From assembly GCA_023515725.1 (NCBI GenBank), contig JALDTO010000206.1:516189-580188 (forward strand): a stretch of 64,000 bases of DNA, given 5' to 3'. Under the pieces are notes generated by a model. It was not told where the DNA came from. It searched no databases and saw nothing but the letters and a program-made list of their open reading frames with translations. Made by a program: the position numbers and the translations under genes. The stretch is from Amoeboaphelidium protococcarum X5. Taxonomy: Eukaryota > Fungi > Aphelidiomycota. Of the stretch, positions 53,056-64,000 are shown piece after piece (within the stretch, counting starts at the first letter, position 1; each line of letters opens with the position of its first letter).

Positions 53056-53391
53056 TTGAGTTGAAAGATGGTATTCCGTTTATTTGAGAGAATTAAAAAT
53101 ATTATATTTTTATCTTGTTGATGTTTTCTAATAATTTCTGGGCTCATCGGTGTGTCTGGCTGTCAGATGGAATGGCGGGCGCATATTAAGCGCCATTGTG
53201 GCATGTCACATTCTTTACGTGCCCTCTTGATCGATATTGACGCTCTCTTTCTAGCTTTCATTGAAGTGAAGGCTTAACAGCGAGGGAAAAGACAAAATTC
53301 AGCAAGAGAGCGCACAACTCTCGCAGAAGGGCCTTGTGTTGGATTTTCATAGCAAAGAATGTAGTGCTGTTAAGCTTGGTATTTAACCTCA

Positions 53392-54857
53392 ATGAGAAAG
53401 AGAAGATTGATAATCAAGATCTGTGTCACTATCAGTGATCAGCCTATCATAAGAGGCTTCTCTAACTACATTGTTGCACGACTAATCAGATTGCGTAGAA
53501 TAACACAACTCAAATTCCAACACTTTGGAGGTATATCCGAAATACTAAACTTTGTAGCACGTGAGTTGGCAGGACACGAATCTAGCAGTTTGGCACAAAA
53601 GATTCGTAAAGACTCTCTTGGTTTGCCTCCCATAGTCCTATCTACTCCAGTTGCTGGGCGCGTTTAATTGGCTTCATCTCCCTTCTCATCTCAAGTCTAA
53701 GATAGCTTGATTGAATTGTCCTCTCTATTTGCGGCTCTATTCACCTCTAGTAAGTCTAATTTATATGTTTCTTTTGGATCTAAGAGTTATGCACTTACTG
53801 ACAATACTGATTAGTCATTAATTATTCAAAAGTAAAAGCCACTATCGCACATTAAAGCTCATCATCTGGAAGTTTTGGATTTGCTTGCTTCTAGTATGCA
53901 CAATTAATTAGATTTGAGTTTGTTCTATAATGAAGTAATAGCTCTTTTGAAGTTTTGGAGGAGGACACCTTGTAATTCATAATGAAGGCGGCGTACTAGA
54001 AACTGCAGACATGTATGATCGGAGTCGATTTTGAGGTCACCAAGCGAATGTAGTAGTATCCCTATGAAAAGTTCTCTTGCTGCTGGTCTGTGTCTCTGCG
54101 GAGCAAATTATATTCTTTGTTTGACCTTTTGCCTGAGTATGTTGCTTTTAGATGCTTGTTTGCTTCCAACCGCGTAGACAATACCTAGATGTTTGCGGGT
54201 ATCTGTGTATGTGTTACCGCTGTGATGTAAAAAACATATTAGTCACTGGTTGATTTATAATTGTTATCAAGACAAGATTTTGGAGATGCAGCGTAGTTGT
54301 ACGAATTGTTACTGGAACAAGATTTCTAGTGGATCCAATCTTTGCAATCTCGCAATTCCTCTTAGCTGGCTAGGCGTTTCTTGATATCGATTGTTGATAA
54401 CTGCCAAGGATATTTGTTTCGTATATGTATAAGAGATTAAGAAATATGAGACGTATGAATAATAAATGATGTTTTGATAAGAACCTCTATCCAACTCTTT
54501 ATGATTGAGCGCTTAAGCTAAACAAGACAGCGTGTCTGTGCACATTGTAAAAGGCCGCCTCTAGCCCTCCGCGATCCAGACGAAGCTTACATGGTTCAAC
54601 CTGGTCTGCGTAAGTTATCAGACAACAACATAAATCCAATTCAAACGTGTTATAAGTAATTGGAGAATCAACGTTGGGCAGAAGGAGAAATCGGTTAGAA
54701 TAAGATAGGATAGATGAGATAATATAAGATCTAATCTAATCCGAAACGCATAAAACAACTTTCACTAGATTTAGGACCGCCTGTTACTTTACCTTTTCAC
54801 TTCCAACATTAACCACGAATACGCTACAAACATGGTCAACATGTCCCGCCGATTTGA
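53392..54857 (+). pseudogene. Disrupted orphan gene (one frameshift near 53950, two TGA near 54450)
   Basis: Three consecutive long table-6 frames: 53392-53985, about 53950-54445 and 54501-54857. No family recognised. Confidence 0.45.
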
Positions 54858-54944
54858 ATTATCCCGTTAGAGAGTAGTTCAAATTGATCCTAAAGCGGCT
54901 ATTCAGTACCTTCTAAAGTATTTTTTTATACGTTAAAATGGAGC

Positions 54945-56136
54945 GCAATTTCAGCTAGACATACTCAATCTGATACTAGCTACTCAGTAAACTTAATTAT
55001 TTTCATGTCGCGGGTGAATTACTCTCAAGCGTTGACTTGTAATCTCTTGCTTGAGTATGATCCAAATCTGTCCATTTTGGACAAAACGGGATCATACAGA
55101 TTACTCCACTGCAACGGTCAACATGAATTGCAATTTGGGCTAGACATACCCATTCTGATACTAGCTACTCAGTAAACTTAATTATTATTTTGTCGCGGGT
55201 GAAATACTCTCAAGCGCTGATTAATAATCTCTCGCTTGAGTATGATCCAAATCTGTCCATTTTGGACAAAACGGGATCATACAGATTACTCCACTACAAC
55301 GGTCATTTGGAATTGCGATTTCGGCTAGATATACTCATTCTGATACTAGCTACTCAGTAAACGTAATAATTATTTTGTCGCGGTTGCTTAGCCGTCTTGC
55401 GCGGACTAGTAATCTCTCGCTTGAGTATGATCCAAATCTGTCCAAAATGGACAAAACGGGATGATACAGATTACTCCACTACAACGGTAATTTTGAATCG
55501 CAATTTTAGCTAGATATACTCATTCTGATACTAGCTACTCAGTAAACTTAATTATTATTTTGTCGCGGGTGAAATACTCTCAAGCGCGGACTAATAATCT
55601 CTCGCTTGAGTATGATCCAAATCTGTCCATTTTGGACAAAACGGGATCATACAGATTACTCCACTGCAACGGTCAACATGAATTGCAATTTGGGCTAGAC
55701 ATACCCATTCTGATACTAGCTACTCAGTAAACTTAATTATTTTCATGTCGCGGGTGAAATACTCTCAAGCGCTGATTAATAATCTCTCGCTTGAGTATGA
55801 TCCAAATCTGTCCATTTTGGACAAAACGGGATCATACAGATTACTCCACTACAACGGTCATTTTGAATTGCAATTTCAGCTAGATATACTCATTCTGATA
55901 GTAGTTACTCAGTAAACTTAATTATTATTTTGTCGCGGGTGAAATACTCTCAAGCGCGGACTAATAATCTCTCGCTTGAGTATGATCCAAATCTGTCCAT
56001 TTTGGACAAAACGGGATCATACAGATTACTCCACTACAACGGTCATTTTGAATTGCGATTTCAGCTAGATATACTCATTCTGATACTAGCTACTCAGTAA
56101 ACTTAATTATTTTTTTGTCGCGGGTGAAATACTCTC
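54945..56136. repeat. 185-bp tandem satellite, about 6.4 copies, with several internal inverted repeats
   Basis: CTGATAcTAGcTACTCAG recurs at 54970, 55155, 55340, 55525, 55710, 55895 and 56080, an exact 185-nt period. Confidence 0.97.
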
Positions 56137-56843
56137 TGGCCAACCCAGCCTGTGATATTTGCGTTAACTGCTGTAGGGGCTATTTGGATAAGGTTGGGGA
56201 GTTCTTGGCAAAGTTAATTATGCTTCTCCACAGTGGTATTCCCCTGCTTTATATTGGTTTCAACTTTAATCGAGTAATCGAATAAAATATGAGAGACTTT
56301 TACCCTTATCTGTGAAACATCGCCGCGTTTTAGTTCTTTTTGGAAAGATAATACTGTGTCTGTTTTTTTAAAGCTCCATTATTGTCATATATCTTGCCAT
56401 GATTATTTGGCATTTTAAGGCTTAGTACTGGCTCATTAATGTACTGTTTTGTGTTGATGCACACGAAGTTATCTTAAGCCGCCGCTTAATAAAAAAGTGA
56501 CCTCTTTGGATCGGCCGACTCTTTCTCATTCTCGTTCAACGCATTGAAGACCTAATTACAAGCACGTCAATCTGTTCGTTCCATCTGAAAGAATTTGATG
56601 TTGCCGTTTCTCTGTCGCTTTGTGTTACGCTTCTATTTACTTCACCACGTTTCTTCTTCTTTTCCTAGCCGTTTCCGCATTTTGGTCTTCTTCTCCTCGA
56701 CTGTTTACGGTAATATTTTCTTCTCTTCAGTCGTACGTTCAGATTTCGATTTCCTCTGTTATATTTGATAAAAAATATTGACAGTAAACGAGTATAAAGA
56801 AGCATATTGCTATTATTTATAGTCATACTTATTTTTAAAAAAA

Positions 56844-58673
56844 ATGAATGTTGAGTAATCTGATAATGGCTCAAACAGCAACTAGAATTTGAACAGTGAT
56901 GCCATGCAGACTGGGTAGAACGACGAGGCTCTGTACCCGATTGCAGTGTTGATTGATGAGTTGAAGCATGAGGAGGTCACCTACCGCCTCAATGCCATCC
57001 GTAGACTGGGGACTATAGCTCTAGCTTTGGGTGTCGATAGGGCCAGAGATGAGCTGGTTCCCTTCCTGGAAGAGTCTATTGATGATGAAGATGAAGTGTT
57101 GCAGGCTCTGGCTGAGGAGATTGCCAACTTGATAGACTATATTGGCGGTGCTCAGTTTGCCCATGTCCTCCTGTCGCCTCTTGAACACCTGGCCACCATC
57201 GAGGAGACTGTTGTGCGAGACAAGGCTGCAGAGTCCATCAATAAGGTGGCTGTTGTGCTCAGTGCTGACCAGGTTGAACGTTTCTACTTGCCAATGTTGA
57301 AGCGTCTGACATCTGGTGACTGGTTTACTAGCCGTACGTCTGCATGTGCAATTTACTCTTCCATATACCAGAAGGCTAATCCTGGATAGTAGGAGGAGTT
57401 GCGAGCTTTATTCAGTCAACTCTGTAAGGATGATACTCCAATGGTTCGTCGTGCTGCGGCTACCCATTTTGGCTCGTTTATGAAGGTTATCCAGAAGGCT
57501 AATCTTATCAAAGATTTTATTCCATTGTACGCCAATCTGTCTCAAGATGATTAGGACTCAGTTAGATTATTGACTGTGGAAGCAGGTGTCTGTATCGCTG
57601 AACTCCTGACTAATGATGAGACCAAGACTCATTTGGCCGGTACATTGCGCAGTCTGTATAATGACAAGAGCTGGCGTGTGAGATATATAATTGCAGAAAA
57701 GTTTGTCCGCTTGGCGAATGCAGTTGGAAAGCAGCTTACTGCTGAAGATTTGACTCCGGCTTTTGTGCGAATTCTGAAGGATCCTGAAGCTGAGGTGAGA
57801 ACCTCTGCCGCTAGTCAGCTTCCTGGATATTGTGCTCTAATAGAACCATCTGTGGTGCTGGAGAAGATTCTGCCATGTGTCAAGGAGTTGGTCACTGATG
57901 GTTCATAGCATGTAAGAGCTGCAATTGCACTGCAGATAAGTGGTCTGGCTCCGGTGTTGGGCAAGGAGAACACTTCTGAACATTTGCTGCCTCTATTTTT
58001 GCAAGCTTTGAAGGATGAGTTTCCGGATGTGCGTTTGAATATCATCAGCAAGTTGGAGAATGTGAACTCTGTAATTGGAATTGAGGCTCTGTCGCAGTCA
58101 TTGTTGCCAGCTATCGTTGAGTTGTCTGAAGATAAGCAGTGGCGTGTGCGTTTGGCCATCATTGAGTTTATCCCATTGCTGGCCAAGTAGTTGGGAATTC
58201 AGTTCTTTGATGACCAACTGTCTAGTATGTGTATGAGCTGGTTGAATGACCCCATTTGGTCTATTCGTGAGGCTGCCACTAATAACCTGAGACGTTTGGC
58301 TGAGGCATTTGGTTCAGACTGGGCCAGAAAGAATATCCTGCCAAAGATTCTGCCTAATGCATCACATCTTGTGTTCACCTACCGTCTGACCACTCTATTT
58401 GCACTGACCACTCTCTCCACGGCTATGAGTCCTGACGTGGTCAAGAGTGATATTTTGCCGACTCTGCTCACCCTGTGCAAGGACCCAGTGCCTAATATCC
58501 GCTTCAATTGTGCCAAGGCTTTAGAAACTGTTGTTCCAATATTGAAGAAGGATGCAAACGTGGCCAATAGTCTTGCAACTGAGGTAAAGCCGGTATTGGC
58601 AAAGATGAGCTCTGAGGATGGTGATGCTGATGTCAAGTTCTTTTCCAGCCGAGCATTGTCTTCTGTAGCTTGA
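56844..58673 (+). CDS. TPD3: PP2A scaffold (A) subunit, HEAT repeats, 609 aa
   Basis: [52 protein letters not shown]. Confidence 0.97.
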
Positions 58674-58838
58674 CTTGATTGAGATTGAGTTGTTTATCAG
58701 ACAGAGCTGAACATCAAGAAGATTATTGATTAGTTTCTGAAAAATGTAAAGTGTATCTATGTGTCTCTCTCTGCTTTTGTGAATTAATGAAAGTGTAAGC
58801 GTATTGTACGAGTGAATACTTCTAACGGGGTTTAATAT

Positions 58839-60017
58839 TCAAATCTTATGCTGCGACTTGCCCTCAACAGGCTTCTCATACAGTCGAGACTCCTTCAGCT
58901 TCTTCTTCTCCACACTAACCTCCTTACTCTTTTCAATCTTATCATCGGTGGACTTTCTCTTACGCTCCTACTTGGACAAGAAGAACTCGCCCGACTCTAT
59001 TTGAAGATCAATCTTGCGCGGCATCTGGTGATTAGCCGGAGGGAATGGTGTATACTCCTTCTTCTTTTTCTTCTTAATCTACTACCTCTTATTATGAGTA
59101 GATCTATTTGATTCGTCTCCGCCTTCAATATTGTCTCCTACTGCCGACGATGACTGACCACCATCATCACCTTTACTAGTACCACGACCGCCAATACCGC
59201 CACCGTTACGCAACTGCTCCTGCTCCAACTTCTTAGCTTTACGCTTAGCCGCGGCAGACTTTCGGAACTTGGGCAAAAACCTGTCCCAGTTCTCATTCTT
59301 CAATGTCTCATCCTTCTCCAGCTCTCTTCTAATCATCAATTCCTTGATCCAGTAGACCGGGTGGATATTGTTCATACAGTCTTCGATAATCTTACGCGTA
59401 GTCTTGATCATTTTATGGCCCTGCATATTCTCACCTAGCGGGTGTGTAGTAGGAGGTGAGATCACGGCCACAGTGTTGCCTTGTACCAGGACATAGCACC
59501 CAGTCAGAAGCTCTATTGCTTTCAACGTATTTCCCTGAGGACCAATCAGTCTGGCGCGTCTCTTCACAAATCGCTCCTTATTACGCACCATTCCCCCAAT
59601 CTTGACAATATCTGACCATACACCATCCTCAAGAACTCGCAATGCTTATTCATAAGGCACAGATCTTGCGAGTAATTTCATCATATCGCGCGCCTTCATG
59701 ATAATATACGGATCCTACGTCTTTCTAGTCGTGGACACGCTCATGGATCCCTCGATCAGATTCAAAATGCAGCTGACTCCATGCTTCTACAGCTCTTTTG
59801 TCACTCTAGACCAAACGCTCTTCAGGTATTACTCGCGATACTTGGGAAATAGAGTGGCGAATGTGGATTCCTCAGTCAGAGGCTAAGCATCTTCCGGTGG
59901 CTTCACAATTTCCCATTTATTGATATCCGGCGTGTCCCAAGGCTTATCCTTACGATGTCTCTTGTTCTTATTAATCATCACTGCATCTGCATTATTGCTA
60001 CTGTCTAATTCGCTCAT
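58839..60017 (-). CDS. KRR1: SSU processome KH protein Krr1, 392 aa
   Basis: [51 protein letters not shown]. Confidence 0.96.
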
Positions 60018-60403
60018 TCTTAATATTAATGACTCTTGACGCCACGTTAATTTAAGATCACTAAATGATACGGTAACAGTAAGTAAAGTGACTTGAATGA
60101 AAACGAATCAAAGAAGTTGCCCGAATGAGAAGATCTCTGATGATGATCAGTAAACTGTCTGAAATGTTCACCACTAGATCGAATATTATATTGAAACCAT
60201 TGATAATAAATGTAAATGAATATCTTGAACCAATTATCTTATAATGTCAAGATAAATTGCGATATTTTAAATGCAAGCTTATATCAAGTTTCTCTGCACG
60301 GTTAAAATGCAGATCGACATGCTATACTCTGTCGCGCACTTTAAGTGTTCCCTTTTCTAATCGTAATACCAATCAGTCAGGCAAAGAGTTGAAATATCAT
60401 AAA

Positions 60404-61318
60404 ATGCTGCGATCCGTTATCACACGCCGTTCTATGACGATTCACCCTCCTATTGCAGGAGTGCCGCTATCTAAAGCTGAAAAGAATGTGGAAAAGTTGT
60501 TCAGTCCAGCTTTCAAAGAGAATGCAGATTACGCGCTTGATAAGGATCGCCTGCCTTGGGTACCGGCGCGTCTGTAGAAGCGAATATAGGCATAGAAACA
60601 CGTCCGTGATCGTTAATTGAAATTATAGTAGATGGTGTAAGAGGCTGAATAGAATATTAGTGATGTTATAATCACAGCGAATGTCACTTAGAATTAGGAA
60701 CCTGTTGCTGGTGATATCGCTGGTAATGGAGATGATCAATTTACTCCTCTGATGAGCCCCACCGTTGTGGACGATTACAAATAACGCGTCGAATTGACAA
60801 GGCTAAAGTACAAGAACGAGATTTAGTAGATTCTTGATAAGCAGCAATAGCTTGAGCTTAATGCCTAAAAATAATTAAAGAGTTTGAGCGAGGAACGTTC
60901 GCGTACTTAGAAAGCTGAAGAGCAGTAGTAAAATGAGAACTTGTTGGCAGATGCAGAAATTCGTGCCGTGTCTCTAATCACTGATTATATGCATAGAGCT
61001 GTTAAGGCGCGTGCAGAGATGGATAAGCGATAGATGCGCGCTGAGATGAAAGTTAAGTAGGCGTTAAGTGGTCTTGCCAGCGTGAGCGGATCTTTCATTA
61101 CCAACATGGATCAACTGAATGAAGCCATTGATAAGTGCTTATCTACTGAACCGAAGCCATTGATGACGCCGCCATTGTCAAAGTTGACTGAGGCTGCCGA
61201 GAATTCCTCTGGGCGCCACTGGTGGATTGACTCTAGAACATTGAAGCGTGTCCATGAGAATCAGTTAACTACGCAGCGTTAGAAAGCTTTGGTCAATGCT
61301 ATAGAGAATGAACTTTGA
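60404..61318 (+). CDS. Mitochondrial coiled-coil protein, possibly mitoribosomal mS26-like, 304 aa
   Basis: Presequence-like MLRSVITRRSM; C-terminal SFITNMDQLNEAIDKCL resembles the MRPS26 FIT.ENL...IE.AL motif. Confidence 0.5.
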
Positions 61319-61430
61319 ATAATCAATCACGTTGGATATGTGTTACAGAAATCTTTTAATATTTTGTGCCGCTCTTTTAGGCTAATGTGAACCTTTTATT
61401 CTTCGTTTGATTAGCAAGGAAACTTACAAT

Positions 61431-63139
61431 ATGACCAGCAAGAGATCGCGAGATGTAGACGTTATAGACCTCACAGGGAGCGATGATAACGAATAGCCAG
61501 AGGTTTAAAGCTCTGGTGGCAGTAGTAGCGCGAAAAAGTTGAAGCAGTCTAGCTGTGGTAATGTCAACTCGTAATTCTACTTTACCAAAGTCGATCCTCT
61601 ACCTGCTAAATTCAATCAGCGAGCTGTGACAATGAGTCAACTCTTAAATCCTGTAGGTCTTTATTGCAATATAATCCTAGTCATCATCTTTAACATTTTC
61701 AGGATATGATGTAGAATGATGGTGTTACGTTATGCGAAATGTTTCAATTCAATTTCGAAGTTGATCTCGATTGGCTAATGATGCATCTACCTTCCGCCGT
61801 TCGTTCAAAGATCCCCGTCACGGTGTACCATGGCTGGCGAAGACCTGAGAGTATTGCTAGATACAAGGTATTTCTAGTTTATAATACGCTCATTTAATAA
61901 CGCAAATCGCTAGTCATGATCAATTTGTAGGAACAAGCTCAGAGGTATAAGAATGTTACAAGTCATAGTCCTCCGCTCCCAATCGCGTATGGAACTCATC
62001 ACACCAAAATGATGGTTCTTTTATTTAATGAGTATTAGTAATGCTAAATAGTTATATCCACTGCTAATTTACATGGCACTGATTACGGGTAAGATTTCCT
62101 TTGTCGATTGAATATTAACCGTTACGCATTGAGATCTCTGGGAAGTATGCAGTAGTGTAGATTGAAAACTTAGGCATTGTGGAGATCTCCTATGCTTCAA
62201 CTTAAGGCTAAATCTGGGGCATAACACGGTGATTAGTCAAGTAGATTTGAGCGCGATTTCTTGGACTATTTGGCAGCGTATGGGTAAATGACTTCTCGTC
62301 TGAGACAGCTAGTAGCTACGTATGATATGGTCCCTTGCGATGTCGTTCATCTTATCGCCTCGGTGCCAGGTCGACACACTGGACAGAGTTTACACAAGTA
62401 CGGTCATATGAAGTTGCGGGCCGTATTGAAAGCTCATTATGATTCTACGAAAGGTGCGACCTGTGCCAGCAAAGACTTTGTCATTTGCTAAATGTCCTCT
62501 ATCGGAAGTCTTGGTGCATCTGCTGACAGCTGGCTCACTGGTGAGTTCCTGACAAGTTTATCCTCTAGTCAAAGTAAATAGAAACCAACACTTACGTCTG
62601 CTCTAAGTAAATAAAATTTGCAGTGTGATATGAAATTGGTGTTTCCCACTGTAGATAATGTCAGAAATAGTCTGGAGGGATACGATGCTGGAGGTTCTAT
62701 TCCATTCGATGAAAAGAACTGGATCAAGTAGAGAGGATACATGTAGCCATTGTTGCACTCTTGGTAAGCGTCTATGAGTGGCCGTACTAGGTGTATGCCA
62801 CATATAAAGACATTTACGCGTATACGCGAAACAGATGGTGAAGTGGGAGATGGCGATTAGATATAAAAGTATCGACCGTAGTGGTTCTTATTAACTTCGG
62901 CAAATCTGAGTAAAGCCGCATGGGGATAACTTGAGAAGAATGGCGTTTAGTTGATGATACGAAGCTATGAATTGGGTGTTCTTATCGTGGCTGATTCAGC
63001 ACAAGGTTTATAGCTGGAGACCTTGGTTCTGCCGTACGACTTGCCTTTGACCAAGTACAAGCCTGGCGATAGAGTTTGGACGTGGAATGGCTCACATCCA
63101 GATCCAGACATTTTCGGAAGAAGGATTAATCATGGTTGA
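61431..63139 (+). CDS. TDP1: Tyrosyl-DNA phosphodiesterase 1; introns 61653-61702, 61868-61930, 62089-62160
   Basis: YGTHHTKMM...ISTANL, SSIGSLG, PHIKTF...[20 protein letters not shown]. Confidence 0.95.
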
Positions 63140-63201
63140 TGCTTATTAATAAATCGCTATTTTATTTAACACTTGGCTATAGATTCATCTTTATGATCCA
63201 C

Positions 63202-64000
63202 TCATTGCAATTCTTTAATGTTCTTGTACAGCACTAGACTCTCAGGATTAGCTAGAGTGGCTGAAGGTGTAACAGACTATCCATTCAATATTTTCTTCAC
63301 GGCCACCTCCACCTTCTTTCCATTCACAGTATATGGAATGTCGTCTATTGGCAGGATGAAGGCTGGAACGTGACGAGGACTTAATTGAGTTCTAATTTGT
63401 GCCTTGATCCGGTTACGCAAGTCATCTGTCAGTTATTGGCCTGGATTTAATTTCAAGAATAGTACCACCCGCTCATCCGTATCACCATGTCTTCTCTAAC
63501 CAATAGCCAGCGAGTCGGCAACTTCTACTTTGAATTGCTTCTCCACCACATTATACAGCTCAGCACTACCAAATCTAACACCAGCAGGTTTCAGAATGCC
63601 ATCAGAGCGGCCCAACATTATGACACCCTTCGTCACCGGGTTGATCCATACATAGTCTCCGTGGTACCAGACATTTTAATACTGACTGAAATACGCATCT
63701 CCGTACTTGGAATTCTGGGCATCATCTCCCCAAAATTTCACAGGCATGCAAGGAAACGGTTTAGTACACACAAGATCTCCAGAAAGTCCTTGCACACTGG
63801 ATACACTCCCATTAATAGGTAAACGGATGATTTGAGTATCGCTTGATTAATCGTTCTACTCATCATTACTATTATTATCAGTCCAAGACTCAACAGCCAT
63901 TCCAAGACATCGACATTAAATCTCTCCTCTGTACACTGGCAAAATACAACAGTTACCGGCAAAGAGACTTACAATATCAGTGCCTCCAGTAATACTGGCA
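63202..64000 (-). CDS. AACS: Acetoacetyl-CoA synthetase, C-terminal part (gene continues past the window end)
   Basis: [53 protein letters not shown]. Confidence 0.92.

Noticed and set aside
54945-56136. CRISPR array or self-cleaving ribozyme repeat
   Set aside because: No unique spacers and no cas genes; no CUGANGA/GAAA hammerhead core; only partial resemblance to a twister 5' half.
56137-56148. TGGCCAACCCAG as a hAT-like terminal inverted repeat closing the satellite
   Set aside because: No convincing partner repeat or target-site duplication on the left side.
1-64000. Mass pseudogenisation as the cause of in-frame stops
   Set aside because: Only TAA/TAG interrupt conserved genes, frames stay intact for up to 6 kb and catalytic motifs are complete.

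Overview
Gene-dense eukaryotic nuclear DNA with short GT-AG introns, read in a non-standard code: TAA and TAG encode Gln and only TGA terminates (table 6). The supplied standard-code ORF track therefore breaks almost every gene. Fungal-type genes plus this code suggest an aphelid such as Amoeboaphelidium protococcarum (inference). Re-translation gives about 30 genes, including animal-type glutamate dehydrogenase, a GYF protein, a plant-type HNH nuclease, Spt7, CPSF160, GPI10, Spf1, AMMECR1, EMC5, JmjC, Sec7, an F-BAR/SH3 protein, Fmp25-like RCC1, two stand-alone CBM48 proteins, RPS3 with an intronic C/D snoRNA, a DUSP, Ipi1, Doa1, PP2A-A, Krr1, Tdp1 and AACS. Two accessory islands interrupt this backbone. 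At about 3.3-7.5 kb lie mobile-element remnants: a frameshifted Fanzor1 (TnpB-family RNA-guided nuclease), a LINE 3' end and a possible Ty3/gypsy fragment. At about 50.8-56.2 kb lie a small secreted protein, a signal-peptide plus RING-finger protein (candidate effector E3 ligase), a decaying orphan gene and a hairpin-rich 185-bp tandem satellite. All calls come from manual translation and motif recognition; no searches were run.
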